From assembly GCF_964194155.1 (NCBI RefSeq), contig NC_135881.1:87854001-87918000 (forward strand): DNA of 64,000 bases, in the 5' to 3' direction. How positions within the stretch are numbered: position 1 is the first letter of the stretch; each line of letters opens with the position of its first letter. The stretch is from Cetorhinus maximus (lineage: Eukaryota). Position numbers and translations under genes: made by a program. Under the pieces are notes generated by a model that made no database searches, was not told the DNA's origin, and saw only the letters and a program-made list of their open reading frames with translations. This document shows positions 12,181 through 24,990 of this stretch, one piece after another.

Positions 12181-13059
12181 CCCCACAAGTGTCTTTGATC
12201 CCTGCCACGAAATCTGTTCCCTAGCCACCGACTCCATCCCTCTTCCTGGATACTCTCTGAACCGGAGCCTGACTGTTTTCAATCTTTGCATCGTATTTAA
12301 CATATTGTACATAAAATTGAAACTTTGTTCACATGTGCCGATCATACTTATCTGTTCACAGGTATCATGTGTAAAATTGCAATAGATATGTCAATGAATC
12401 TTAAAAGCAATAACTAAGGCCTGACAGAATGGTGTATGTCTCTGGAGGCTGTTGTATGCATATTATCCTCTTCAGTTTGCATTCATGTGACAGGCTGTTA
12501 CAGAATTTGCATTTATACCGTATCACACAATGGCACCCCAAAATGCTTTTACTTTTCGAAGTGAAATCATAGTTAATATATAGGCAACTGCAGCACCAAT
12601 TTTTGCACAGCAACATCCTAAAATAACAAATGAATGAATGGCTAGATAATGGGCTAGAAATACATGTGCCCCTTTTTTGGGTATGCAAGTCACAACCTGT
12701 CGGCAGTTCCAGTCAAGATGGGCAGAGCATAAATTTGGTGCATCCACCTCATTTGTATGGTTACAGTGTGTGGCCGAGGGGCCCTGCACTGCTACCTTCT
12801 TCTTTGCGCTGCTGGTGGCATCTGCGCTCAGCAGGGGACTGAGCAGTATTGACCTCCCTGAACATCTGCTCCCACTCACTTCAAAGGATGTTCCTGGAAG
12901 GCATCCTGGCCCCTGTGGATCATGGTCTCTCTCTCCGCACCTACATCTAGCACTAATGGCCCAGTGTCACACCCAGCTGTCACCGGGGAAATCCCCTCTC
13001 TGTCATGGTATTCACTTTTCCATGACTTAATTCCCACCAATATTATTCAGTACAACATC

Positions 13060-13680
13060 TCTTTACTGTGGCTACAAGAGCAGGTCAGAGGCTGGGAATT
13101 CTGCTGTGAGTAACCCACCTGCCAACTCCCCAAAACCTGTCCACCATCGACAAGGCACAAGTCAGGAACATGATGGACTTGCCTCCACTTGCCTGGATGA
13201 GTGTAGCTCCAACAACACTCAAGAAGTTTGACACTATCCAGGACAAAGCGGCCCATTTGATTGGCACCCCATCCTTTACCTTCAAAATTCATTGCCACCA
13301 CGACCGATGCACAGTGGCAGCAGTGTGTACCATCTATAAGGTGCACTGCAACAACTCACTAAGGGTCCTTCAAAATCTTCCAAATCAGCGATCTCTACCA
13401 TCTAGAAGGACAAGGGCAGCAGATGCATGGGAACACCACCACCTGCAAGTTCCCCTCCAGGCTACTCATCATCCTGATTTGGAATTATATTGCTGTCCCT
13501 TCACTGCCGCTGGATCAGGTTCCTGGAATCCCTTTCTAATAGCATGGTGGGTATACGTACACCACATGGACTGCAGCAGTTTGAGAAGGCAGCTCACCAC
13601 CACCTTCTCAAGGGAAATTAGGGATGGGCAATAAATTCTGGCCTAGGCAGCGACACCCACATATTGTGAAAGAATAAAAA
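13060..13680 (+). mobile_element. L2/CR1-superfamily LINE (family B) 3' fragment
   Basis: PLAWMSVAPTTLKKFDTIQDKAAHLIG; family 3' tail. Confidence 0.85.
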
Positions 13681-14389
13681 CAAATAATGCCATTATGCAA
13701 GTATGCCATTAAGAAGATCAGGCTAGTTACATCAGGTCAATTCCTGATGTCTGGACCTGAGGACTTGACAGCAGTGCCACCAGAATTGTAATGGTCTTAT
13801 ATGGGTGGTCAAGGACAGGAAATGCATTTTGACACATCATCTCCTACCCACCAGGCCAGCAACCTCTCAATTCTTCACACCCCCAATACTAACCCAGTTC
13901 CTGGCAATTCAGAATCATGCCTAATATCACATGTTCCACCTCACCGTTACACACCTATTAATACTGCCTTCAGTTATTCAGCTCTGGTAGACACATCACC
14001 CAAACGCAATGTTACGCTACCACTGATATTATGCACTCTCTCTTTCAGGACCAGGTAGCACACAATAGAAGGGAGCAGCGCAGAAGCAGTGAGGGACAAG
14101 GGTGGCCACATCCCTTGAGCCCTATGGAGGAGATAGCTCTCAGCATCTCGGGGCTTTTTGATAGTTAATATTGAGGCAAATGCAGCACCAATTTGTGTCA
14201 TTTGATGTCACTGAGAACACTGAGGATGATGATATGTTGCTGCCCTATGCTACATCTCAATTCCTACCATACCCTCACCCTGCTATCTGACATGATGTAC
14301 AAGCTGCTGATGGTGTGACCATGGATCTCTTGCTTCCCAGCCACTCTGACCCTTCCCTCACCCCAACCTTACCCTCTTTAATTCCTGCT

Positions 14390-15000
14390 TTCAAACACCC
14401 AAGAACTGCCACCTGCCTAGCAACAGGAGGCCTAGGAGGAAGAAAGAAAGCAACAGCTCAGCACTGATGAAGAAGGACTGTCAGTTGATCTGAAATTTGC
14501 AGCCACCAGCTTGGATACTGGCAATGCCATGTATCTTAGAGGTATAGAATTAATATTGGCATTTGATGATTTGGTGAGTCACTGGGCATGAGCAGGCTGC
14601 AGCCTAGCCAGAAGGAAAGGATGGCTTGTTTGCCAGCTCCTTGGTAGTGGGAGATGGGCGGGGAGGGGGGGACATGGCCTTGCGATGAGGGGTAGCATCT
14701 CAGACAAATTCTGTTGCAGAGGCATCAGATGTAGATACTGATGGGCTGGCTTACAGGAGAACGTTGATGGTATGTACACCGAGATGCTGGGTGCATTGGC
14801 AGGCCTGCCAGACAGCCTCCTGTCACTGTCAAGGAGCACGGAGAAGTCCGACTCCAACTTGGCGGAGGGTATGGTATCGTGCTTGCCCAGTCTGCAGCCT
14901 CTGCTCCATATTACCATCATGTTGCAGATCCAAAGTTAGCACAACTGCAGCTCCCATATCTAATGAAAACTGTGTGCAGACAGGCCAACAAATCCTTTGC
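14390..15000 (+). mobile_element. Probable old remnant of a Harbinger Myb-gene last exon
   Basis: MLGALAGLPDSLLSLSRSTEKS (~14785-14850) resembles the coiled-coil segment VLDHLVEIHEAVLSLVSMVEES of the Harbinger Myb gene. Weak similarity. Confidence 0.35.
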
Positions 15001-16115
15001 CCTCATTGTGAGGCTGCAGCAACATTCCCTGTCAAATCCAGGAACTCAAAAACACTCCAGACTACTTCCAGTTTGCAATAGAAGAAGTTCTTAAAAATGA
15101 CTTTACCTGCAATTTTGATAACTGGTACTTTAAGGAATATTAGTGCAGGCCCATCTTGCACCTCTGCACCTTTTGTTTGCAAAATGAAGTATGAATACAT
15201 CGCCTAGACCTGCCTGGTCCAAATTTGGTATCCTAGTGCCACATCAGCCAGTTATGCTGTGTGATGTGAGGATGGAGTCTCCTGGTGTATGGAAAGAATG
15301 TCAGCATAGGCACCCTTTTCCTGATGATGTGGCATGCAGGCCACATTGGAAGCAGCAGGCAGCGCTTTGCGCACCAGCAAAGTGGTGCCAGGCCTCCATA
15401 GTGTTACTGGAGGTGGCTACAAAGTCTTGCAGCACTTTACTGGGGTCTGAGGTGCTACTGGCTACTTCCTATGTGACTCACATGATGCTCCATCAGGAAA
15501 AGGGCACCATGCTGGCATCCCCTGTTTTCATAATGAAGGAGGGATGTGCTCTAGGGCAGATGTGTCCGCCACGCATAAATTGGTGAGGAAGAAGTCAGCG
15601 AGATACTGCTGTCTGCATCTCCAGAATGTATCATCCCCCTCTTCAAATTAGTGTCATGGAATCTTGTACATTCTCCTGATCATACACCTTGGCCCAGAAT
15701 TCCTATGCTGTCTGCACATGAGCAAAGAAACAGCAGAGCCCAATGGAGGTACCAGGATGTACTAAACAATGCTAAAATTTCAGGTCACTGCTGACTGGGA
15801 TGTCAGGGAGCTGGATGCACCATATTTAGGTGCACCTCTGATTGGGTGCATTCCCACTGAAGGAGGAGGAAAGTCATGTACAGCTGCAAGATAAAAGTCC
15901 TGCTGCTGCACTATAGGCCCTGGTTTCTGCCATCCTGCCCACTAGATGAAAGGGATCATTTTCTGCAGCTGCTCAAAGACTAGTTCTGCCTACTGGTCTA
16001 TGCTGCTGAAGTGGAAATGCATCTGAGGTCTGTGCTGGCTGAAGCCAAAAGCTACTTTGAACTTGGGAGCCTCTGAATGGTTCACAGATTACATGTATAT
16101 GGAGAAAAAGTCCAG

Positions 16116-16211
16116 TAAAAACTGGGAAATAAGAGTACTGGTCGAAACTGATGTTCTATTTTGAGGTATACAAGACCAGTTCGGACCTGTACTCTTATTT
16201 CCCAGTTTTTA
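16116..16211. repeat. Inverted repeat / hairpin, 35-bp arms with 26-nt loop
   Basis: taaaaactgggaaataagagtactggtcgaaactg (16116-16150) pairs with cagttcggacctgtactcttatttcccagttttta (16177-16211); 3 mismatches. Confidence 0.85.
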
Positions 16212-18806
16212 AGGTTTTTTCTTTCCCATGCAGCCATCTTAGTTGCTCCTGAGAGCGGGACAGCACTGAGGAGTACAAAACTGACTGGGCGAGCACAACC
16301 AATCCCGATTGGGGTGAGGAATACTTTATTGCAGAGTGGCAGAGGCAGAGTCTTGTGTATCCTTTAAGGGAAAAGTGGATAAATATTTGAAGCAGAGGAA
16401 GATACAGGAAGAGAGAAGGTGGGATTCTTTTTGAATTATTCCAGCAAAGAGCCAGCACAGAGATGTGGAATGAATGGCCTCTATCTGTTATATAAGCTTC
16501 CCAGGTTTTCTGAATCTTGCATCAAGTTTTGAGATTTGGAACTGGAACCAATAACCACAGCTTGAGTCAGTGGACACCAAGAAAGGCAGAACAGTATTAA
16601 ATAAAAAAACAGATACCTATCTGCAGGCACGTGTTTACCCGCCATCAATTTATCCATTTTTCTTTCATAAACCTCTTGTTCAGTCTATAATTGGCAAGGA
16701 TAGATCAAATATGGGCATCCTGAAATTGACTCACATCTATAATAATAATTCTGAATCAAATGCCACTTTCATATTCACAGAATGGAAGACTTTCTTGTCA
16801 CAGCAATGTTAAATGCACAGCAGCATGAATTAGTGCATTGGTACAGTTGATTGAAATCAAGATATTGAAGAATCAACAATTGTGGAGATTGTGCCATTAG
16901 TCCTCAGCTAGTGTTTTATCTAGGTTGGTACCTCATTCAAAGGCATGCCAGGCACTACTCCTGGCACTTCCCATGGAACCAAGGTTTGTCCGCCAGGTTG
17001 TTGACAATGAAGAAATGAACGACTGTGCTATAGTTATTTCTGACAGTGTTATCATGGACAGATGTGCCTGCAACAGATAAATTGGTGAGAAAGAAGTCAG
17101 GGAGACAGTGCTGTCTGCATCTCCAGAACTCATGCCCAGCCATTATGATGCCAATAGCTAAGTGCCAGTGGCATAATGCTCTTCTGGATGTCTGGCATGT
17201 GCTGCTGTCCTGAGAGATGGCAGTCTCATGCAGGTGCACTCTAGAGGTCACCATCTCACTGCATCCTAGATCTGAGTAGCCATTGATCAGGGAGATAAAT
17301 GTTCCAATGGCAGCTTATCAGCTCTTAAAGGTCCTGAGAGCCTTTACAACATTCCTCAGACATCTTTCTTTTCACTGCCTATGAGATTAGGCCCCAAAAC
17401 TCTGAAACAATGAGTAAGTTTCTCCTGGTCTTCAGCTGGGAAGGTAATGAATCCTTACCTACTCCACACTACTTCCAGATTCTTAGGGTGTTCAGAATCA
17501 TCTTGTGCCTCATTCTCACTTGCAACATTTAATTTCCCTCGGTGAAAGCATCTGAGCTGACCCATGAAATGAGAAAAATGCAGCGGTTGTGTCAGTGAAA
17601 CATAGGGTACGATATTATCGTGCTTAATGGGTAAGCTTGAACTTCAGGTTTCTCTTTCATTATCATTCTCATCCACAAAACCATCAGCACCATCAACACT
17701 GTAAGAATATATCAGCTTAAGCTCTTTGAAATTAAGGAGACAGAGAAGTGGGTGAGAACTTGTGGCCAAGAGGAACATGTATCCAGTTAAAGCCTTATGC
17801 CATTTTCCCCTGATGGCAACTTTCACAAAAATCTAAAATATGAGTAGAGATGACAGAGGTCATTTGAACCATTTGGCTCATCCTTCAATAGATAGCTGTG
17901 GTACACCCCATCACCACACTCCCCCTGCTCCCCCGTCTAATTATCTTTTGAATTACTCAAGAGGTTTTGCTTCTCATACTCGATCCTTTATTCAATACAC
18001 ATCTCACTCCAACTACTTCTCAAATAATCGAATGTTCCATGTCTGTAATCTAATTTTATAATCATTTCTGAAACTTGTGTTTTATTTCCAGAATTGAGGT
18101 CTCAGAGTACCAATTTCAAGGCTATATGGTACAAAATTATTTGATGAATAGTTCTTTTACTGATCAGTGGAATAAAAGGTGACAGGGTTCCACTATGTGC
18201 AGAATAATGTTATCCAGCTGCCGATTGCAAATCTCTCATGCAAAACTTAATGCCCCTGAAATTCCTGAAGCCATAATTTCTCAAGAGAAGTGCAATTGCA
18301 GGGAGAGGGGGGGAGAAGGCAGTGGCCTCTGACGACCCCAATACTGACTTGTCAGAAATGTTGGGGTCAGCTGATTTAAATGTTACCGGACAGACCGCAG
18401 CCTAAATAATTGTGTTGGAATAGCAGTAGCAGCTGAAGCAGTACTGACTCTACTGTTATCATATACATCAGGTTTCCTTTGTGCTTCCTCTTCCGCCTCT
18501 TTCCCTTTCAGCACACGTACAATGTGCAGTTTAGGGAAGTCCATATGGCTGCTTCTCCAGAGGCAGAATTTTCTGCCTGTCTGCGGGCCGTGTGGGAGTG
18601 GGCGTGGACCCAAACGCTGTCTGCGATCAGGTCCGTGCCACCATTTTATGCAGGCAGGCCAATTAAGGCCCACCCAGTGTGAATGGTGGCTCCCGAGGAC
18701 AGTGGGAGTGGGTGGGTGGCGGCGGGACTGTAATGACCGCCGGGTCCAATGGCGACCTGGCGGCCTGTTTTAAAAAGTTGCTGCAGCCTTTCAAAGGCAG
18801 CAAGTC

Positions 18807-20945
18807 ATGTCCAGTGGAAGGGCTCCCCAGAGCGCTGCTGCTGAGCAGGCCAGACAGAAGGGTAGGGCAGGGGGGGCCAGTGTGCCCCTCATTTTTCTGA
18901 CGATTGCCTTGCTGCCCTCCCCGAAGAGGTGGCAGCACGGCGGGTGGTCCTGGTACCCCAGGATGGGAGGAGGAGGCCCCCCCACGTGGCCAAACGTGCC
19001 TGGGAGGAGGTGGCGGATGTGGTGAGCTCCCGCGACGTGGTGCGGCACAGCTGGATCCAGTGCCGCAAGCGCTTCAACGACCTTTTGCGCTCAGGAAGGG
19101 TGAGTACCATGTTGGCACTGGTCACTTAACCCAGCGGGTAGGCTTTCCCCCTGATGCCCTCCCCCCAAATCTGAGTGTAGGGACTGCATTGAAGCATTGA
19201 CGGCATGTGTCCTTCACTGGGTGGGCCAGCAGATATTGCCCATGCCTAGGTCACCCTGAGAGGGTGGTGAAGAGATGGGTTCTGCCCCCGCAGCATGTAG
19301 TACACTGAGACCCACATGACTGTTTTGGGGACAACCTGGAGGAGCTTCCCCTAGGCGCAGTGCTGGAACTCCAGGACATGTCAAAGTTAGGGTGATGACA
19401 TGCTGGGAGGGAAGCTTCAAGGTGGCGTGGCACCGATCGATCTGCTGTCCTCTGCGCTTCACGTGCTTGCGCCTCCTTGTTATGGAAGGTTAGATCGTGT
19501 GGTGCCTAATGTGATGTAGGCAGCATTTGACCAAGGGGGTGGATTGGGAGGGTGTGGGGGGAAGGCCTGGCATCTTTGTGTGAGTCTTCAGTAACAGAGG
19601 GGTGAGGAGGCACTGGAACCCGGCAATGTCCCACACTGGTTGGGGTGGGCCGGCTGCGAAGAGAGTCCAGGTACAAGTTGCACTAATCATTGCTCTTCTC
19701 TCCTTTTCAGGAGAAGAATGCACATAGCGCCGCTGAGCCAGGGTGAGGACTGGCAGCAGCCTGGCACAGTTGGTGATTCTCAGCCGCTTCAAGCAGGAGG
19801 CCTAGATTTGGATAGACGCCATGCACCCAGGTCCACCGGTGTGGGTGAGGCTGGAGTGCCACGGGCAGGTATGTTTGCCCAGCAGTGAGGTCACCATTGT
19901 TCTCCCAACAGCCATGACACTGCTGAATATTTAGAGATTGAAGTTTACAACATGGCTTGACCATTGCTTACGGAAGGATGAGCGCAAAATAACCCGGGGG
20001 ACAGGGATACACATTGACATTGTCTCCACGTTAACTAATCAAATGTCCTTGTTCTTCCTTTCAGCATCAGTGGAGCAGGGCCGGGAGGAGAAGCAGCAGG
20101 GACCCCTCTCACGCCTGAGGGCACCAAAGTCTCACCAGCGTCACACCATTTCTGCCAGGCAGGCACCAGCGCAGATACTAGCACCTCCATGGGAATTAGA
20201 ACATCGGCTAGTGTCCCAGGGCACAGCGGTGAGGGCACTTCACAGACATTGAAGGAGCTGGCAGAGACAGAGAGTGCCCATGGCGCCTGCAGGGGACCAG
20301 GCACATGCTCAGTCGGTGTATGATGATCAGCCTCTGGAGTCATCCACGATGCAGCAGCTGCAGGAAATGCGGCCGGGTGTGCTGGATCATCTGGTGGAGA
20401 TACATGAGGCTGTGCTTAGCTTGGTCTCCATGGTGGAGGAGTCTACACAGACTATCGCTGAAGCAATGAGCCTCATGGCTGAGCGCCATGCGTCCTCCAT
20501 GGAGAGAGTGGCGACTCTCGTGGAGAGGCTCCTCCAGGAGCTACATCAAGGCTTCCTGGGGATGCGCTGGTCATTGCCAATGTGGGAGATGGTCTGGGCA
20601 CCAAGTTTCCCAGCTTTGTGTCCATCCATCTACGGTGAGAAGGGAGGTCCTCACATTGGCATAGTAGCTGCCTGTCATCTCTGCGGGCTCCTCTCAGGGC
20701 GCACAGGATGAGGGCGGCTGCTCCTCCGCCCCTCTGCCAGTGACCGTTGCATCCGGTGAGGCTGCGACGACTGGGGAGATGCCAGCTGTGGAACTGGCAG
20801 CTCCTTCCCAGGCAGGGCCAGCACAGGCTCCATAGGCCAGAGGATGACCGCCAAGGTCATCGAGGCCAACGGGACAGCAGAGTGAGCAGGCTGTCTCAGA
20901 TGCCACTCCCAGCGATGGGGCAGCACCAAGACGTAGCAGCTGAAA
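18807..20945 (+). pseudogene. Harbinger Myb/SANT-like (trihelix) DNA-binding protein, 3 exons, disrupted
   Basis: Exon 1 18807-19099 (APHFSDDCLAAL...AWEEVADVV...WIQCRKRFNDLLRSGR|gtgagt, frameshift in a G-run). Exon 2 19711-19868 (ttttcag|EKNAH...|gtatgt). Exon 3 starts at 20065 (tttcag|) with acidic and coiled-coil sequence. Confidence 0.8.
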
Positions 20946-21289
20946 ATGTAAACATAAGGCACCTTAGGCACACCACGGGTTTATCACTGGTGCTTTTGTG
21001 TTGGCCCGCAATGAAGTCTTTATGAGTTGGTGTGATTTTCAACATCTTTTTCATTTTGTTTCATTAAGCTTCTTTGGATGCAATATTAAATTCAGACATG
21101 TCATCATGGCTGAGGGTGCCTCTTTTGTTCTGCAGGTGGATGGTTTCCAATAATATATTGAGTGTTTTGTGGGACATTCAGCTTTATTAACAAGGACCTT
21201 AGTTAATGTTCCTAATCAGGCAGATTTTTGCACATAGGTCTTGAATATGGAGCATACAGCCCAGGCTTGCCCTGGAAGTCCATATTTGG

Positions 21290-22520
21290 TGAGCTAGCTG
21301 AAGGCTTATTGGTTTAAAGGCTCCCAGATGTCCCTACCTCCCTGGAGTATGCCTGAGTCAGTGTCTACACCCTCAGCATTTCCCTGTGTGTGCTCATCCT
21401 CGGACTCACTGCTGGACTCATCGTGTGCAGCCACAGCCACTGCGTCGACGTCTTCATTGTCCCCTGCGTCCCCCTTTTCCAGAGCAAGATTGTGGAGAGC
21501 GCAGCATGCAACCACTATCACTGAGACACGATCTGGGGGGTACTGGAATGCGGTTCAGGCATCAGAAGCGCATCTTGAGAAGACCAATGGCTCTCTCCAC
21601 CACAGCCCTTGTGGAAGCGTGGCTCCTATTGTACCACTGCTCAGCTTTTGTTCTTGGATGGCGGAGAGGCATCATAAGCCACTTTCTGAGGGGATAGCCC
21701 TTGTCACCCAGCAGCCATCCATCCAGCCGGGCTGGAGCACTGAAGAGCTCCGGCACTTGGGAGTGTCTGAGGATGTAGGCATCGTGGGAGCTGCCTGGGT
21801 ACCTTGCACAGACCTGTAGAATCAGCATCCTGTGATCACACACTATCTGTATGTTCATGGAGTGGAAGCCCTTCCTGTTGACAAAGGCACCGGGCTCACC
21901 TGCTGGAGCCTTGATGGCCATATGTGTACAATCTATTGCACCCTGGACGCGGGGGAAGCCAGCAATGGTCGCGAAGCCTCTGGCTCGCTGTGTCTGGCTT
22001 GCCTGGTCCCAACGGTAGTGGATGAAGGTCAATGAATGCCTTAACAGAGCATCCGTAACCTGCTTGACAAAAGTGTGGACAGCTGATCGGGGGACACCAC
22101 AAAGATCAACCACCGAGCCCTGGGAAGGGCCAGAGGCATAGAAGTTGAGGGCAGCTGTGACCTTTAGAGCCACTAGCATGGGGTGTCCACCCACACAGTT
22201 AGGGGAGATCTCAGGCCCAATCATCTGACAGATATAGTTGACTGTCTCCCTTGAGAGACGGAGCCTCCTTCAGCACTGCACCTCAGACATATTGAGGTAG
22301 CTTCTTCGCCACCTGTATACCCTGGCAGCAGGATAGTGGCATCTTCTGTGGCCCCTTCCGCCTTGGACTTTCTTTTGGCTCTGCACTCCTTGTGCCTGTG
22401 CCTGACCTCCCAAAGGTGGCTCCCCTGGAGGCTGAATGTGCACTCCCGGCCTCCTCCCCCCCTTCTGGCCCTCCCTTCCCCCTCAGAGCAGGTGCTTCCA
22501 GCAGAGAGTTCAGCTCCCAT
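21290..22520 (-). pseudogene. Harbinger transposase (HARBI1-family DDE nuclease), disrupted
   Basis: Catalytic motifs GAIDCTH, GSSHDAYI, LLGDKGY and VERAIGLLKMRF in ORF 21562-22224; IVVACCALHNLA plus an acidic tail in 21306-21521. Premature stops flank the core. Confidence 0.9.
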
Positions 22521-23015
22521 TCCCAGGCTAAGGGAAGGCTTCCTGAAACCTGCAGGCCCAAAAAAGATTCCTCATTGCAGAGTACCGACCTGAGGGTTAA
22601 GAGTCCAGACAAAGCAGCTGGTATGCGTTTTGAAGTATTGCAGATCACACAGGCAAGTGTCAGTAGCTTTGAAACATCAATACTTGAGAGAGCACACTTG
22701 CGACCCCAGTGAGCCCTCTTATCCCGCCCGTGGATAAGGTTTATACAAATATTCCCTGCCCGCCTGCCCGTTGCGCCCATGCGCTGACCCGAAGATTGCA
22801 CGGGCACTGAAAAATCGCTGTCGATTGGCAGCTCAAGACCTTAAGTAGCCCGTTAATTAATGGTAGGCGCGCATCGGAGATCATTGCCCGCCCGCCCAAC
22901 GAAATATCGCGATGGCGCGTGTTGACGTCAGGACACTCGCCCGATGTCACCGCACATCATTTTATGCCCGTGCGTGCTGGGCCCACCCCCGCACGCCAAC
23001 GGGAAAATTCTGCCC

Positions 23016-23655
23016 CTGGAGTACTGTGAGCAGTTTTTGGCACCGCACTTTCGAAGGGATATATTGGCCTTGGAGGGAGTGAGGCTCAGATTTTCTCAAT
23101 TCCAAGGATAAATTACACAAGGGGACATTACATGAATTATGGGTGTATTCCCAGGAATTTAAAAGCTGATATGTTTTAAATTTTCAAGATATTAAGGGAA
23201 ACAGATTGGGTAAAGAGAAACTATTTCTCCTGGCTGGGGAGTCAAAAACAAGGGGTCATAGCCTAAAAGTTAGAGCTGTAGCCACTTTCAGGATTGAAAT
23301 TAGAAAACACCTACACATAAAAGGTGGTATAAATTGTGAACATCTTTGGCAAATGCAATTGATGCTAGATTCATTTTAAATTTACATCTGAGACTGATAG
23401 ATTTTTGTAATCCAAAGGTATTTTGTGATATGGGAAAAAAGCAGGTATATGGAGTTAGATTGCAGATCAGTCACGATCTCATGCAATGGTGGAACAGGGG
23501 GTAGGATTTTCCACCCCTGCTCACCGCCAGGATCGTCTGGCCCCGTCGAAAGCCAACGGATGTTTGGTTGGACTGCCAAATCTCCCACAGTGGGTCCTGC
23601 TATGATGGTGCTGGAAAATCCCAGCGAGGGTCAAAAGACTACTCCTGTTCTATGC
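23016..23655 (+). mobile_element. CR1 (HER1-type) LINE 3' fragment with a small MITE-like insert (~23497-23625)
   Basis: ctggagtactgtgagcagtttttgg... CR1 ORF2 end; tail actcctgttctatg. Confidence 0.65.
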
Positions 23656-23659
23656 TCTT

Positions 23660-23840
23660 ATTTTTTTAAATTCATTTATGGGATGTGGGTGTCGTTGGCT
23701 AGACCTGCATTTATTGCCCAACCCTAGTTGCCCTTGAGGTGGTGCTGGTGATCTGCCTTCTTGAACCGCTGCAGTCCATGTGGTGTAGGTACACCCACAG
23801 TACTGTTAGGGAGGGAGTTCCAGGATTATGACCCAGTGAC
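23660..23840 (-). mobile_element. LINE family B 3' tail fragment
   Basis: Antisense of the family 3' end. Confidence 0.75.
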
Positions 23841-23849
23841 ATATTTTCA

Positions 23850-24210
23850 TATCTCCCCATAGCCTTGATGACCAATGGCGTAACACTTGGAAGAACTTCA
23901 ACATTCCAAACGGATTCCTTAGAGGACACCGCAGTACAACCTGAAAAGGATGAAATCTTCCTCATAAAGAGTGGGTAACCATCTGCCGCCTCAAAACCAG
24001 TCCTGATGGAAGATTACATCATCCCCATCATGCCACTGCACAGCACCGGTCAGACCCTGGAGCACACGATCGATTATAGCTCTCAGAGGAAGTGCACAGG
24101 CAGCCTACAAGATATCCACACTGTTAGAGAGGAAGCACTCACGTGAATATCTGACTTGGGTATTGATATTTGATTTGTCTTTTTGTTACTGCCATATGAA
24201 AGAAGAAGTA
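23850..24210 (+). mobile_element. Vingi/Ingi-clade LINE 3' fragment
   Basis: Frameshifted translation LDDQWRNTW...NLPHKEWVTICRLKT...SSPSCHC..QTLEH...GSLQDIH resembles the Vingi C-terminal zinc-finger region; tail gccatatgaaagaagaag. Confidence 0.65.
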
Positions 24211-24990
24211 GGAAAAAGACTCTTGTCTAAAGTTGCTCACGAAGGCAGTTCCCAATTATCAATCATGCTGGCAGGAAGAATAATACTTAAATGGAGGACA
24301 AAAAAAATAGACAAAAAGTCAAGAAACAAAATCCTCTCATCCTCCAGACCATTCGTACACAGCTTCTAGAGGCTGGCATTGGGCTGCAATTAGTAGACGG
24401 AACCAATAGTTACATCTCTAATTGTCATTGATGGTTGCATATTACATGGTGGTTTGAGAAACTTTCTGAGCACTTACTAGGGAACTGTTCTTTTTGAACT
24501 ACTCTTGCTTCAAGGGAATTCTGGCGTAATTATATACACATTCGTTCCCCAAGTCTTGAATCATTTTCTTAGTAATTCATGGCCCTAACACGCAAATATG
24601 TAAACACTTTGTGGTTGGTTTAGGAAACACTAATGAAATGCTAAAGAAATTCTAATGTAGCTTACTTAAAGAGATGATGAGGGATGTTAAATGATGTGAC
24701 TTGGAGTAAAAAAGAAAACTGACAACCAAAAGAAAAAGAATTGTGGGTCCAAGGTAGATCTTTCAATTCTGGAGAGAAAGATGGAAGTCATTTAAAAAGA
24801 GCAGATATCAATTTTCTGGCATGTATTATGATAATGTTTCACTATTTAGCTGGCAATTTGTCCTAACAACAAAACTTTATCAGCATATCCATTGATTTCA
24901 AAGATCTTTAATTTGAGACAGGATTATTTAGTCATTTGTTCACTTCTGGGGCCTGCATACGAATGTTGTTGCTTTTTTTGCCATTTCTAA

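Larger units (their letters stand above)
18561..23015. mobile_element. PIF/Harbinger DNA transposon, near full length, two convergent genes
   Basis: TIRs aggcagaattttc (18561) and gaaaattctgccc (23015); Myb/SANT-like gene on the plus strand and HARBI-family DDE transposase on the minus strand. Confidence 0.92.

Noticed and set aside
15578-17128. ~50-bp direct repeat (aaattggtgag.aagaagtcag.gaga...gctgtctgcatctccagaa) at ~15578 and ~17079
   Set aside because: Only two copies, each within what look like old LINE endonuclease remnants; no array, LTR or TSD structure.
21562-22224. Host HARBI1 gene
   Set aside because: It lies between TIRs next to a Myb gene and has premature stops on both sides of the core, so it is a transposon copy rather than the domesticated gene.
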